This document shows, piece after piece, positions 1 to 12,618 of a stretch of DNA of 64,000 nucleotides. How positions within the stretch are numbered: the stretch's first letter is position 1; each line of letters opens with the position of its first letter. Position numbers and translations under genes: made by a program. Origin of the DNA: Octopus sinensis (lineage: Eukaryota); NCBI RefSeq assembly GCF_006345805.1, contig NW_021836297.1, forward strand, positions 1,822-65,821. The letters are read 5' to 3'. Under the pieces are notes generated by a model. It ran no database searches, was not told where the DNA came from, and saw nothing but the letters and a program-made list of their open reading frames with translations.

Positions 1-493
1 ACAGTTTTTGAATTTACAACTAGGAAACAGTTGATGTAAAATGTGCCACGAAGACTGCTTTCCTGTTGGTTTGTCTTGTGAGTGCTGTGATGGTGAATAA
101 AGATTTTCCCGGGTGGTGAGTGACCTTCTCCACGTGCTATAAGTAGTGTTTTTTCGTGTATATCACTGCAGGGCATTTGTAAGAGAAGCATTTGTGTGTT
201 CTGAAGATATAAACATTGGTTGTGTGAGAGACGTGAAAGAAGGGGAAATAGTTTAGCGCACTTGGAGGAATCAGAAATCAAGTAAATTTGTTGTAAAGGG
301 AAAATCGCAGCAGGATTAGTGGAGGCTAATCAATTGGCCTGAATTAGAGGCTAAGAAGTAGAGAAAGATGCGAGGTACGATGCTGTGATTAAACAGGGGT
401 CAGGCGATTTGATATGATTAGAGAGGATTATAGCTTTGTTTAGCGGAGGGAAAGGAATCAAGACTCTTTGGTCAATCATTGTACTTTGTACAT

Positions 494-765
494 GACTGAC
501 TGACTTCACAGCATTCACTCGGGATGGGTTGAGCTGGCTTCATTCATCCTCAATGCTGCATCTCTCACAAACGCCGACCTGACCTGACGATTTGAGGCTA
601 ACGACCGCGTGATCTCCAACCACTCCTTATTCCAGCGGCGAACGCCATAGACATGGGGGCCTAGGTTGGGCTCCAGATCAGCCTTGACTGTCATCAGCCA
701 GGTTTTTCGTTGTCCACCACATCGCTTTCGCCAACACTAAAGGGGAGCTGGGGCAATTGCTAAGA
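494..765 (-). mobile_element. 5'-truncated RTE-clade LINE (ORF2 C-terminus plus short repeat tail)
   Basis: Minus frame 733-515 reads WRKRCGGQRKTWLMTVKADLEPNLGPHVYGVRRWNKEWLEITRSLASNRQVRSAFVRDA...*, typical of RTE C-termini. (AGTC)n tail. Exact 14-bp TSD TGTACTTTGTACAT at 480-493 and 766-779. Confidence 0.8.
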
Positions 766-1152
766 TGTACTTTGTACATCTTAGCACTGTACTTGATGTA
801 AGTTCTACATGCACTTCGGGCTAAATTTGATGATTCTATATGTCTTCATATTTTCGAAACAGCTTGATGGCGTTGGAGAGCATAAAGGTTGTAGTTGACA
901 AAAAGTTAGCTGAAGCCGTCTAAATAAAGGAAAGGGGTTACTTGTATAATAAAGAGGCTATTGCACTCGCGATCGCAAGATCACGGTTTCGACTCCCAGA
1001 CTGGCGATACGTCGGGTTCTTGGCTGTTCCTGTCCACACAACTGAGTAACCCTTTGGTGGATTGTGAGATGTAACACTACTCTGTGACAAAATATACTCT
1101 GTGTGTATTAAGCAACCTATGATATAGCACTGTGCGCTATGTGACATAATAG

Positions 1153-1368
1153 TCGTTTCTGCTATGGGCACAAGGCCTGAAATTTTGGGGTGTTGGGATA
1201 AGTCGATTACATCGACCCCACTGCCTGACTGGTACTTAATTTACCGACACCAAAAAGATAAAACGCAAAATCGACCCTGGTGGAATTTGAACTCAGAAAC
1301 GTAAAGACGGACGAAATGCTGCTAAGCATTTTGTCCGGGGTGCTAACGGCTCTGCTACCACGCCGCCT
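1153..1368 (-). mobile_element. SINE family A (tRNA-like head), diverged copy with alternative tail
   Basis: Reverse complement matches the head AAGGCGGCGAGCTGG...GTTCTGAGTTCAAAT and the core seen at 8476. A partial copy follows at about 1395-1530. Confidence 0.75.
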
Positions 1369-1851
1369 TAGTGTGTAATATAATAGTTTCAAATATTTGC
1401 CGAAAGGGTAGCTTGGTGGAGGGGATTAAGTCGATTAAATCGACCCCAATGCATAACTGGTACTTATTTAATCAACCCCGAAAGAGTGAAAGGCAAAGTC
1501 GACTTGCGCGGAATTTGAACTCAGAACGCCTTAACGTGTCATATAATAAGAAACCCTACTTTTGATGACTGTACTACCCTCCCTGTATAACATAGCCCCA
1601 AAGTGTGTGTGTATGTGTGTGTGTGTGTGTGTGTGCGTGTGCGTATGCGTGCGTGCGATAATATATGGGACGCGGAATGTGCTGGAATGTGCGGCAGCAA
1701 TATTCCAAAACTTATAAAATACAAAGAATCGAACCGCTGACGAGAATTCTCCACGGCAGTGCCCCAGCATGGGCGCAGTCTGATGACAAGGAAAGAATAT
1801 AAGATGAATGCATACACACACATATGTATGAATGTATTTATACATATATAT

Positions 1852-2080
1852 TTCTTTACTACCCACAAGGGGCTAAACATAGAGGGGACAAACAAGGACA
1901 AACAAAGGGATTAAGTCGCTTACATCGACTCCAGTGCGTAACTGGTACTTATTTAATCGACCCCCGAAAGGATGAAAGCAAAGTCGACCTCGGCGGAATT
2001 TGAACTCAGAACGTAGCGGCAGACGAAATACCGCTTAGCATTTCGCCCGGTGTGCTAACGTTTCTGCCAGTTCGCCGCCT
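1852..2080 (-). mobile_element. SINE family A monomer
   Basis: Full head-core-tail match to the 8476 copy on the reverse strand. Confidence 0.85.
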
Positions 2081-3043
2081 TTATACACATATACGTGCGT
2101 GTGTCTGTGTATGTGTATGTGTGTGTCTGTGTGTGTGTGTCCCCTGTATAATATGGCATATATCCGGCAATGCTTGACACTGTACCCTGTGTAAATGACA
2201 CGACAGCGTATTATAACCCTATATAACCTGATACTGCGCTTCTACCCGTATACCATAATGTTATGTGTAACTTAACACCGCGTCTCCTTTAAACAGAAAA
2301 CTGTTCTCAACACAAAAGTGATTTCGCTGGGAACTGCTTCTCAAGGGGAGAGAATCGCTTCTAGGTTTAGTTTTACGTCGGGGAATCATTATCAAAGAAT
2401 GGTTGTATACTGTCAATCTAACAAGAACGTGACAGTAGGGGGTACACCACCGCTGTATAGCCCTAGGAAGCATCGAACGCCTCCTGATAGCTTTGACACA
2501 TTTTTTTCCTGTGTCCTTATATACATATACGAAGGGGAGACAAACACCCCCTTATGAAAGATTGGAAGAAAAAAAAAAAGACATTTATATCTTTCCTTTT
2601 AATTCTTTTACTGATAATTTTGCTTTGCTTTTTCTTTTTTTTTTTTTTTCTCCTCTCCCAGTTCTTTTCCACTGTTCGTCCACATCCGTCTCGGCTGTCT
2701 TTCATCACAACTAACTTGGTCCTTATAAACAGAATCAATCAAGAAGATTGTTCTTTCATGACCACCCCCCCACCACCACTACCACCATCCCCGGCCTCTT
2801 ATGCCACAGACTAATTCCCCACCTCCATTCACTTCATGCCATCCCCTTTTTTTTTTTTCATGTTGCTTCAGCTTCATCCTCTTCACCGTTCAGGAATGTA
2901 ATGACGCTAACCTTACTTTTCCTACGACATTTTGTCCCACTTTTTTTCGACCCTTTTCCCCTGTACTGAGTTATATATAACACTGTTTATAAGGCCCCTT
3001 TCTCCCTTCTTTCCCCCCTCTCTCGCTCGCTCTCTCTTTCTCT

Positions 3044-3095
<52 letters not shown>

Positions 3096-3465
3096 CTGTC
3101 TATCTCATGCTTCTCCTTTCCCTACATCAGCACGTATGCATGCGTATGTGTGCGGATGAGGCGCGTGCATGTATCAGTATGAGTATGACTCTCTGTGTGT
3201 GCGTGCATGTGCGTGCGTGTGTGTGTGTGTGTGTGTGTGTATGCGCGTGCGTGCGCTAATATATGGGTCGCGGAATGTGCTGGAATGTGGCAGCAATAAT
3301 TCCAAAACTTATAAAATATAAAGAAACGAACCACTGACGAAAATTCTCTACAGCAGTGCCCCAACATGGGCGCAGTCTGATGACAAGGAAAAAAATATAA
3401 GATGAATGCATACACACACATATGTATGAATGCATTTATATATATACGTATAATTACTTATATAT

Positions 3466-3501
<36 letters not shown>

Positions 3502-3535
3502 CATAGTATATATATACAATATATATATATATGAT

Positions 3536-3605
<70 letters not shown>

Positions 3606-3635
3606 ATATATATATATATATATTATATATATATA

Positions 3636-3695
<60 letters not shown>

Positions 3696-3886
3696 CATAT
3701 ATATATTATATATATATGTATGTGTGTATGTATGTTTGTCTCCACCATCACTTGGCAACCGATGTTAGTGTATTTATGTCCTCGTAAGTCCTGGGGTCGA
3801 TTTGTTAGGCTAAAGGCGGTGTTCCAGCATGGCCACAGTCAAACGACTGAAACCAGTAAAAGAATATATGTACGCGTATGTGTGTA

Positions 3887-4264
3887 TTCTTTTGCCTGTT
3901 TCAGTCATTTGATGGTGGCCATGCTGGAACACCGCCTTAAAGTGTTTTTTTTTCTTTTTTTTTAAATCGAAGAAATTGACTCTAGTGCTAGTACTTATTC
4001 TACCGGTGTCTTTTGCCGAACTGCTAAGTTACAGGTATGTAAACACACCAACATCGGTTGTCGAGCAATTATGGAGGGACAAACAGACAGAAAGAACACA
4101 CACACACACACATATATGTGTGTGTGTATGTGTGTGTGTGTATACATATATATATACATATGCACATATATATATATATAATATATATATATATAACACA
4201 CATACACATATAACATATGTATATATATATATATTATATAATTTATATATACATAGATATATAC

Positions 4265-4302
<38 letters not shown>

Positions 4303-4456
4303 ACGGGCTTCCTTCAGTTTCCGTCTACCAGATCCACTCACATGGCTTCGATCGACCCGTGGCTACAATAGAAGACACTTGCCCAGGGTGCCACGCAGTG
4401 GAGGGATGAACCCGGAACCATGTGGTTGGGAAGCAAGCTTCTTACCACACAGCCAC
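3887..4456 (-). mobile_element. SINE family B with expanded internal TA/CA microsatellite
   Basis: Head (GTGGCTGTGTGGTAAG...GGTTCCGGGTTC) and tail (GGCGGTGTTCCAGCATGGCC...CTGAAAC) match the full copies at 26303 and 53115. Confidence 0.8.
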
Positions 4457-4829
4457 TATATGATAAATTTGTGTGTGTGTGTGTTTGTGTCTCAGTGTGT
4501 GTACATATATGTGTTTGTGTGTTTGTGTAGAAATACACAGACACTCACAGACACACACACATATGTGTCACTACTGGAATTATATTATGGAATGGAGAGA
4601 TGTTAGGCACGTTTCTCAACCCTTCCCCTCTAACCAAACTTATTTAACACCACTAAAAGACTGGCTGTCGGTGTTTGAGGTTTCAGAATAAAATTTCGGT
4701 ATTTGGTTGAAGATGGTGTTGGAATTATGCTCCACAGTTGATGTTGAAGATAGATGATGAGGATGCTGGCAATGATAAAAGGACTTCAAATGAGATCAAT
4801 CATAACGGGAGAAACTACTGAACAGGAAT

Positions 4830-5282
4830 GGGGTCACCACTGCTACTTTCACCACCACCACCACCATCACCAGTACTCCCATCACCACGCCCATCTCCAC
4901 CACCACCACCACCATCATCACTATCACCAGCGTCACCACCACGACTACCACTACCGCTATCACTACCACCATCACCACCGTCACTGCCACCACCACGACT
5001 ACCGCCGTCACCACTATCACCATCACTACCACAATCACGACCATCACCACCACCATCACCAGTACCATCAATACCACCACCACCACCATCATCGTCACCG
5101 CCACTAACACTACCACCACCACCACCACCACCATCGCCACCACCACCATCACCATAACCATCACCACTACCACCACCATCGCCACAACTACTACCACCAC
5201 TATCACCACCACCACAACCACCATCACTACCACCAGCACAACCACCATCACTACCATCACTACCACCACCATCACCACCACG
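4830..5282. repeat. Degenerate (CAC)n trinucleotide tract
   Basis: Directly visible. It produces the poly-H/P/V/G ORFs. Confidence 0.95.
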
Positions 5283-5598
5283 TAATTGCAAGGTTATCTC
5301 TTTGATTAACCGAGGACAACCTTTGATCTTCTCAAGTGAGGTTCATAGCAATAAAGGAAGCCATCAAAATACGATCAAACTGAGACAGAGAGAAGACGAG
5401 GGATTTTCGGGTTGCAAATGGGACCCCGTCTCTGGAATTGATTAAGGGACGAGGTGAAACAGAGCGGGTAACACAAGTTATGTCTGCTAAGACATACAGC
5501 CTTTCGAAGAATCTGGCAGTTTCTGAACCGAAATTCCGCCACAAGATGACACGCAATACGACCGACTTCCCCCTGTGTGCGCCTGTGTATGAGTAAAA

Positions 5599-5810
5599 GG
5601 CGCGTGGCTTAGTGGTTACGGTACTCGGTTCAAGGTCGTAAGGTCGAGGGTTCGATTCCCGACTGTGCGTTGTGTCATTTAGTAAGACACTTTATTTCAC
5701 ATTCCCGCAGTTCGCTCTGCTGGCAAAAATGAATTGTACATGTCTTTTGAAAGGGTCAGCCTTGTCACATTCTGTGTCAAGCAGAATTTCCCTGAGAACT
5801 ATGTTATGGA

Positions 5811-5850
<40 letters not shown>

Positions 5851-6125
5851 GTGGCTCGCGATCATTGGTTTGTGAGTTCGATTGCCGGCGGCGCCTTGTG
5901 CTTCTTGAACAAGACACTTTACTTCACGTTGCTCCAGTCCACTCAGCTTGTTAAAATTAGAGTACCTGTATTTCAAAGGGGACAGCCTTGTAACGCTAAT
6001 TCTCCCCGAGAATTAAGGTTACACGTATCTGTGCAGTGCTCAGCCACTCGCACCTTAATTTCACAAACAGGCTTTTAGTTGATCGTATCAACTGTAACCC
6101 TCGTCGTCGTAACCAACGGAGGGCC
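5599..6125 (+). mobile_element. Two adjacent SINE family D copies carrying the family C body
   Basis: Head GGCGCGTGGCTTAGTGGTT...GGTTCGATTCC, core GAGCAAGACACTTTACTTCACGTTGCTCCAGTCCACTCAGC, then a CCTTGTCACATTCTGTGTC...GAGAAC segment shared with family C. Confidence 0.65.
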
Positions 6126-6164
6126 AGTATGTGTGTGTGTGTGTGTGTTGTGTGTGGTTTTACT

Positions 6165-6487
6165 CAAGCGAACGAAGCCCGTATCGTTTGTTCCTTTTCG
6201 AGCCACACCTGGCTCATAAGGGCTGGTTTCCCGGTTTCCTTGGCGTATAGGTTCCCCATCTGGACGGGACGCCGATCCGTCGGAGTTGAGCTGCTAGATG
6301 CAGGAGGAAAGAGTGAGAGAAAGTTGTGGCGAAAGAGTCAGCAGAAGTTCGCCATTACCTTCTGCTTGAGCCGCGTGGAGCTTAGGTGTTTCGCTCATAA
6401 ACACACACATTGCCCGGTCTGAGATTCGAACCCGCGATCCCTCTATCGCGAGTCCGTTGCTCTAACCACTAGGTCATGTGCCTCCAC
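6165..6487 (-). mobile_element. SINE with family C head and a different tail module
   Basis: 6290-6487 matches the C head and body start. 6165-6285 matches the GGCGTCCCGTCC...GGAAACCGG module also seen at 53695 and 55355. Confidence 0.65.
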
Positions 6488-6596
6488 AAGGACACCGTAT
6501 GCGGATCAAATTCAGTATTAAGATATAAAATTGTTCCTCTAGAACATTATGAGATTAAAACTAAAACCGATTAGCACTAGGTTTATTACATACAAG

Positions 6597-6968
6597 CATA
6601 GGCATGGCCGTCTGCTAAAGAAGCTCGCTTCGCAATCACGCTATCTCGGGTTCAATCCCACTGCGTAGCACATTGGAAAAGTATGTTCTACCATCGCTCC
6701 GGACCGACCAATCTCTTGTGAGTGAATAAGGCAGACGGAAACTGTGCGGAAACCTGTAATGTGTGTGTGTTTCTGTGTTTGTGCCCTGCCACTGCCATAG
6801 AACCGTGTTGTTTTATTTAAGTCGCTGTAACATAATGGTTCGGCGAATGAGATCGATAGAATAAGTACCAGGCTTTAAAATTTAAAGTACTGAGGTCGAT
6901 GCTTGACTAAAATCCATCATGGCAGTCCTCCAGCATGGCCGCAGTCAAATGACTGGAACAAGTAAAAG
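6597..6968 (+). mobile_element. SINE family B, diverged
   Basis: GGTTCAATCCCACTGCG head, GACGGAAACTG core, CAGCATGGCCGCAGTCAAATGACTG tail. Confidence 0.75.
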
Positions 6969-7114
6969 CTAAAAAAAGACAAGATACAGCGCCAACGAAA
7001 TTAAGACAAACTTTTGCGTCTTAGAATCGAGGGATCCAATAGTCAACGAAAAACAAAGAAAAAGTCGCATTAAATTCAGAATCTTGCAGCGAATAAAATT
7101 ATAAACATTTAGAA

Positions 7115-7277
7115 CAGCGGTTCTCAACCGCGGCTCCCAGGGCCTCATGTGGCCCTCAAGCATCCTTCTATAAATATAATTACATTTTTCTTTAATTAAC
7201 TTGTGTTTAACTTGTTTTGGTGCGGCCCCGTGAAGTTTTGGGTTTGGCTCCGATATCAAAACGGTTAAGAACCACTG
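7115..7277. mobile_element. hAT (Charlie-like) MITE
   Basis: TIRs CAGCGGTTCTCAACC and GGTTAAGAACCACTG. 8-bp TSD ATTTAGAA (7107-7114) and ATTTGGAA (7278-7285), 7/8 match. Confidence 0.85.
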
Positions 7278-7919
7278 ATTTGGAACGGTGTAAATTAGTG
7301 CTCTGAGAATGGTAAAGACATTAATGTGAAGACACTAGAGTACTTTTAACCGTCACGTGATAAGCAGCGTGAAATTCAGAAAAGAGGACTGTCTAAAAAA
7401 ATTTAATAATGCAACAAGTGCGTTCTGAAAACGGATGCAACTAGGTGCATGAGCTTTAAGAAATAGTAAAAGGTCAAACGAGGGCCGGTGCTAGGAAGTG
7501 CGGCGCCCAGTTAGAGAATTATTGTACAAAAGCTTAAGAATGAGGTTTTATGCTTCGTGTTGTACGCCTGTGCCAGCCAAAAAGCGTTGAGGGCTTGAGG
7601 CTCCACCATTAGCCACGATGATATACTACAAAAGTCATCAATGCGTCCTCCACTCGAACGAGTACGTAAGGCCCTCTCTTGAGACAGGGTCTAATTTGAA
7701 CAAATATATCTAATTGGTTTAAAACCAACCCCGGGTTAAACATGTCCTACCATCGAAAACGTTGAAAACATTAACATTATGAAGAACTGTAGGGATGAAC
7801 AGTATATACCTGGCTCCTCAAAGATGAGACATATATACACAGTTGCTTCTCTTTAAAACCTTACAGTTTAGAGAAGTCTCTCAAAATATATTAGAAAAAG
7901 TTGATGCACCTCTCAAGCA

Positions 7920-8400
7920 GAGAAACATTGTGCATACGACTTCGTAAGAATGTGTCGCTCGCTTCTCTCCCCAAGTGCATCGCTCCTCTGTTGAGTTTTC
8001 TTTTAGTCACAAGTCCTTTTATTCTAATAGCTTCTTCTATGGAACTGCTGCTCTCTGCAACTCACCACCATCGTCTTGTTTTCCTCTGGTCTATGATATT
8101 GAGCCTTTAAGCTTTCTATTGACTGACACCGTTTGAATTTGTAAGCCTTTTCTTTTACCTTTTTGTACCTCTTAAGCCACAGTGGCCTCAAGTTTTTGCG
8201 GTGAAAAATTCATTGAGAAAGATGTAGAAAACTTATTATTTGAAGCACAAAACCCAGGCATTGCCTTTATGTTCTTATCAGGTTTATGTTTTTATCTAGA
8301 AATAGCTATTAACATGAACTGAATAATTTGCTGTGCATTTAACGAATTGATATGCCATCCATTTGCCGGTGTCCCAGTGTTAAAAGTTGCTAAGCGAACG
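7920..8400 (-). pseudogene. Possible highly decayed piggyBac transposase C-terminus
   Basis: Broken minus frames contain TANYSV, NAWVL and RCTWGEKRATH...VCTMFLC, reminiscent of piggyBac motifs and the Cys-rich tail. Many stops. Confidence 0.3.
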
Positions 8401-8475
8401 GGATTTCCAACAGATCCAACTTACGGTCAAAAGCCTTCGGTAACGTGTAGGACATTGTTACGATATGCTGATTAA

Positions 8476-8890
8476 GGCGGCGAGCTGGCAGAAACGTTAG
8501 CACGCCGGGCGAAATGCGTAGCCGTATTTCGTCTGCCGTTACGTTCTGAGTTCAAATCCCGCCGAAGTCGACTTTGCCTTTCATCCTTTCGGGGTCGATA
8601 AATTAAGTACCAGTTACGCACTGGGGTCGATGTAATCGACTCAATCCGCTAGTCTGTCCTTGTTTGTCCCCTCTATGTTCAGCCCCTTGTGGGTAGTAAA
8701 GAAATAGGTATTTCGTCTGTCGTTACGTTCTGAGTTCAAATTCCGCCGAGGTCAACTTTGCCTTTCATCCTTTCGGGGTCGATAAATTAAGTACCAGTTA
8801 CGCACTGGGGTCGATGTAATCGACTCAATCCGTTAGTCTGTCCTTGTTTGTCCCCTCTGTGTTCAGCCCCTTGTGGATAATAAAGAAACA
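8476..8890 (+). mobile_element. SINE family A dimer (full unit plus 5'-truncated unit) in one TSD
   Basis: Second unit starts at 8707. Exact 14-bp TSD GATATGCTGATTAA at 8462-8475 and 8891-8904. Confidence 0.9.
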
Positions 8891-9384
8891 GATATGCTGA
8901 TTAACGATTAATAACAACAATAATAATGATTATAATATCAATAGTATTAATAGTTATTTCGAATTTTGGCACGAAGCCAGCAATAATAGGAGGTAGGATC
9001 AGTCGATTTCAATGACAGCAGCACTTCACTGATACTTTATTTTATCGACCCGAAAGGATTAAAAGTAAGGTTGACCTTGGTGGGATTTGAACTCAGAATG
9101 CAAAAAGCCAGGAAAGAACGCCGCTAAGCATTTCGCCCGGCGTGGTAATGGTTCTTATAGCTCGCCGCATTTTTAATTATGCTGGTTTCAAATTTTGGTA
9201 CAAGGCCAGCAATTTTGAAAGAGGAGAAAATTCGATTACAACAACTGGTACTTACCTTATCGACCCCGAAAGAATGAAAGAACGAAAGTCGACCCCCGGT
9301 GGAATTCGAACTCAGAACATAAGGGCGGACGAAATACCGCTAAGCATTTTGTCCGGCTTGCTAATGATTCTGCTAGCTCACCAC

Positions 9385-9429
9385 CTTAATAATAATAACA
9401 ACAACGTTAATATTGTTGAAGTAATAACC

Positions 9430-9460
<31 letters not shown>

Positions 9461-9695
9461 TTGCTATTGTCGCTATTTTTGCTACTACTACTACAACTGC
9501 TACTATTATTATTATTACTTTTACTACTTCTACAACTCCTACTATTGCTACTATTACTACTACTAATATTACTACTTCTACAACTTCTGCTACTACTACT
9601 ACTACTACTGCCACTGCTACTACTACTACTACTACTACTGCCACTGCTACTGCTACTACTATTACTGCTTCTACTACTACTACTACTACTAATAT

Positions 9696-9729
<34 letters not shown>

Positions 9730-9835
9730 GCCACTGCTACTACTACTACTACTACTGCCACTGCTACTGCTACTACTATTACTGCTTCTACTACTACTAC
9801 TACTACTAATATTACTACTTTTACAACTTCTGCTG

Positions 9836-9876
<41 letters not shown>

Positions 9877-9884
9877 GCTACAGC

Positions 9885-9918
<34 letters not shown>

Positions 9919-9930
9919 GCTGCTGCTGCT
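9385..9930. repeat. (ACT)n/(GCT)n trinucleotide tract with internal higher-order duplication
   Basis: Visible. The block ACTATTACTGCTTCTACT...AATATTACT recurs near 9660 and 9776. Confidence 0.95.
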
Positions 9931-10327
9931 GGCCATCTTGACATCCAGGGGTGTCATATTACACCATTGACAAGAAACCGTGCTTCTGCTTCAACTAGAA
10001 TTCCGTAGACATTCCATAACAGTTGACGCTAGATAATGGCAACAGACACAGATTTACCAATCGCCAATAAAGCAGCAGAGTAAACAATTCCTTTGAATAG
10101 CAGACGGTTTTTCAGAAAGCAATTCTCTTAAAGACCAACGAGATTAATGCAGTTTCTCAGAACTGGCAAATACCAGACACCTATTCTTCTCCCCCCCGCC
10201 GTCCCCCCCCCCCAAAATAAATAGAACGCCTGGTCCCCCCCCCTTTACTTGCGTAAGTCACTGGACTGTGGTCAAGCTGGAGCACCGCCTTGAGAAAAGT
10301 TTAGTCAAGCAAATCGCCCCCGATCCT

Positions 10328-10361
<34 letters not shown>

Positions 10362-10696
10362 TGTGTGTATGTGCGAGTGTGTGTGTGTGTGTATGTGCGA
10401 GTGTGTGTGTTGTTTGTGTGTGTTTTAAGACTAGTCCTTACTGTATCGTTCTCTTCTGCCGGAATACGACGTTACTGGGACATGAACAAACCAACACCGG
10501 TTGTCAAGCGGTGTTGGTGGAGGCGGTGGGAGGGTGGTGGTCATCGATGTCCATCGCTTCAGGGTGGTACTTGGAGTGAAGTGTCTCGCCTGTCTATGAC
10601 TATGTTTATCAGGTGTTATCACATCCAGCGCTTACAGAGGGTCGTCTCCACCGCATCCATTCGCAGCCAACAGGTGAACAAGCAAAGCACATACAC

Positions 10697-10729
<33 letters not shown>

Positions 10730-11467
10730 GTTCAATAATGTTTACAACTCTCACACTGCTTCTAATGCATACTGGAAGATATATATATATATATATAATC
10801 TATGCAGTTAAGTATATGCTTAAAGAGTGCTTCGTTTTCGGATATATGATACGCCGACGATATATGTGCGTGTGCGTGTGCATGTGTGTACACACACACA
10901 CACATACACACATATATATATATAATATATGTACACACACACACACACATATATATATAATATATATATATACATATACACACGTGTGTGTATGTGTATT
11001 TATGTTTGTGTTTGTCCCACCACCATCGTTTGACAACCGATGCTGGTGTGTTTATGTCCCCGTAACTTAACGTTCAGCAAAACAGACTGATTGAATAAGA
11101 ACTAGGTTTACAAAGAGTAAGTCCTGGGGCTCGATTTCTTCGAATAAAATCCGGTAAGGTGATGCCCCAGCATGGCCGCAGTCAAATGACTGAAACAAAT
11201 AAAAGAATAAAAGAATAAAAGACTATAAGCGGTCATTCTTTATCGTGGTGTTGGATAGGTTTGCAAAGTTTTGAAGCATTTCAGTATTTTTAAACCAGGC
11301 AATTTGTTAACTACCTTTTCAATCCTTACCGGCGCCTCTGGATTAAGGGACACAAAAAGAAAAACAGTGTGCAAGAGGGAGATCACAAATCATAACATGT
11401 AGAACCCTCTTTTACAACTGCGTTAATTAAATTTCCTATTCGTTTGTAAAATCGGGGGAAATATTCT

Positions 11468-12127
11468 TTTCTATTCTAGGCAAAAGGCCCGAAATATTGG
11501 GGGAAGGGAGCCAGTCGATTACATCGACACCAGTACGCAAGTGGTACTTAGTTTATCGACCCTAAAAGAATGAAAGGCGAAGTCGACCTTGGCGGAATTT
11601 GAACTCAGAACGTAACGGCAGACGGAACACGGCTAAGCATCTCACCCGACGTGCTAACGATTCTTACTTCTTTATTGCCCACAAAGGGCTAAACATAGAG
11701 GGGACAAACAAGGATAGACAAAGGGATCAAGTCGATTACGTCGACCACAGTGCGTAACTGGTACTTTATTTATCGACCCCGATAGGATGAAAGGCAAAGT
11801 CAACCTCGGCGGAATTTGAACTCAGAACGTAAAGGCAGACGAAATGCGATTAAGCATTTCACCCAACGTGCTAACGATTCTGCCAGCTCGCCGCCTTAAG
11901 TGATACTTATATTATTTTCTATTCTAGGCACAAGGCCCGAAATTTTGGGGGAACGAGCTAGTCGATTAGATCAACCCCGGTACGCAACTGGTACTTTATT
12001 TATCGACTTCGAAAGGATGAAAGGCAAAGTCGACCTCGGCTGAATTTGAACTCAGAACGTAAAGACAGACGAAATGCGGTTAAGCATTTTGCTCGGCGTG
12101 CTAACGATTCTGCCAGCTCGCCGCCTT
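11468..12127 (-). mobile_element. Cluster of three tandem SINE family A units
   Basis: Units at about 11468-11660, 11665-11897 and 11915-12127, with two tail types. Confidence 0.85.
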
Positions 12128-12231
12128 CTTTAAAGTATGTAGAATACATGTAATTGTAACGACCTATCGTTGCGAAAGATACAAATAAGCAGAAGAAACG
12201 CAGTGACTAAACCTTCTGCTTTGTAACCAGG

Positions 12232-12618
12232 AGTGGAGGCGCAATGGCCCAGTGGTTAGGGCAGCGGACTCGCGGTCATAGGATCGTGGTTTCGATTCCC
12301 AGACCGGGCGTTGTGAGTGTTTATTGAGCGAAAACACCTAAAAGCTCCACGAGGCTCCGGCAGGGGATGGTGGTGATCCCTGCTGTACTCTTTCACCACA
12401 ACTTTCTCTCACTCTTACTTCCTGTTTCTGTTGTACCTGTATTTCAAAGGTCCGGCCTTGTCACTCTCTGTGTCACGCTGAATATCCCCGAGAACTACGT
12501 TAAGGGTACACGTGTCTGTGGAGTGCTCAGCCACTTACACGTTAATTTCACGAGCAGGCTGTTCCGTTGATTCGGATCAACCGGAACCCTCATCGTCGTA
12601 ACCGACGGAGTGCTTCCA
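12232..12618 (+). mobile_element. Full-length SINE family C nested in a family B head
   Basis: Head GGAGGCGCAATGGCCCAGTGGTTAGGG...GGTTTCGATTCC, end GGAGTGCTTCCA. 12-bp TSD TTTGTAACCAGG at 12220-12231 and 12619-12630. Confidence 0.9.

Noticed and set aside
1-479. Possible LINE endonuclease relic at the window start
   Set aside because: No diagnostic motif in any frame.
9142-10008. 288-aa Thr/Ala-rich mucin-like ORF
   Set aside because: It is made of two SINE A remnants plus an (ACT)n tract, and it is open in several frames and on both strands.
12232-12310. tRNA gene calls at SINE heads
   Set aside because: A/B boxes are present, but the heads run into shared SINE bodies, have TSDs and lack a full cloverleaf.
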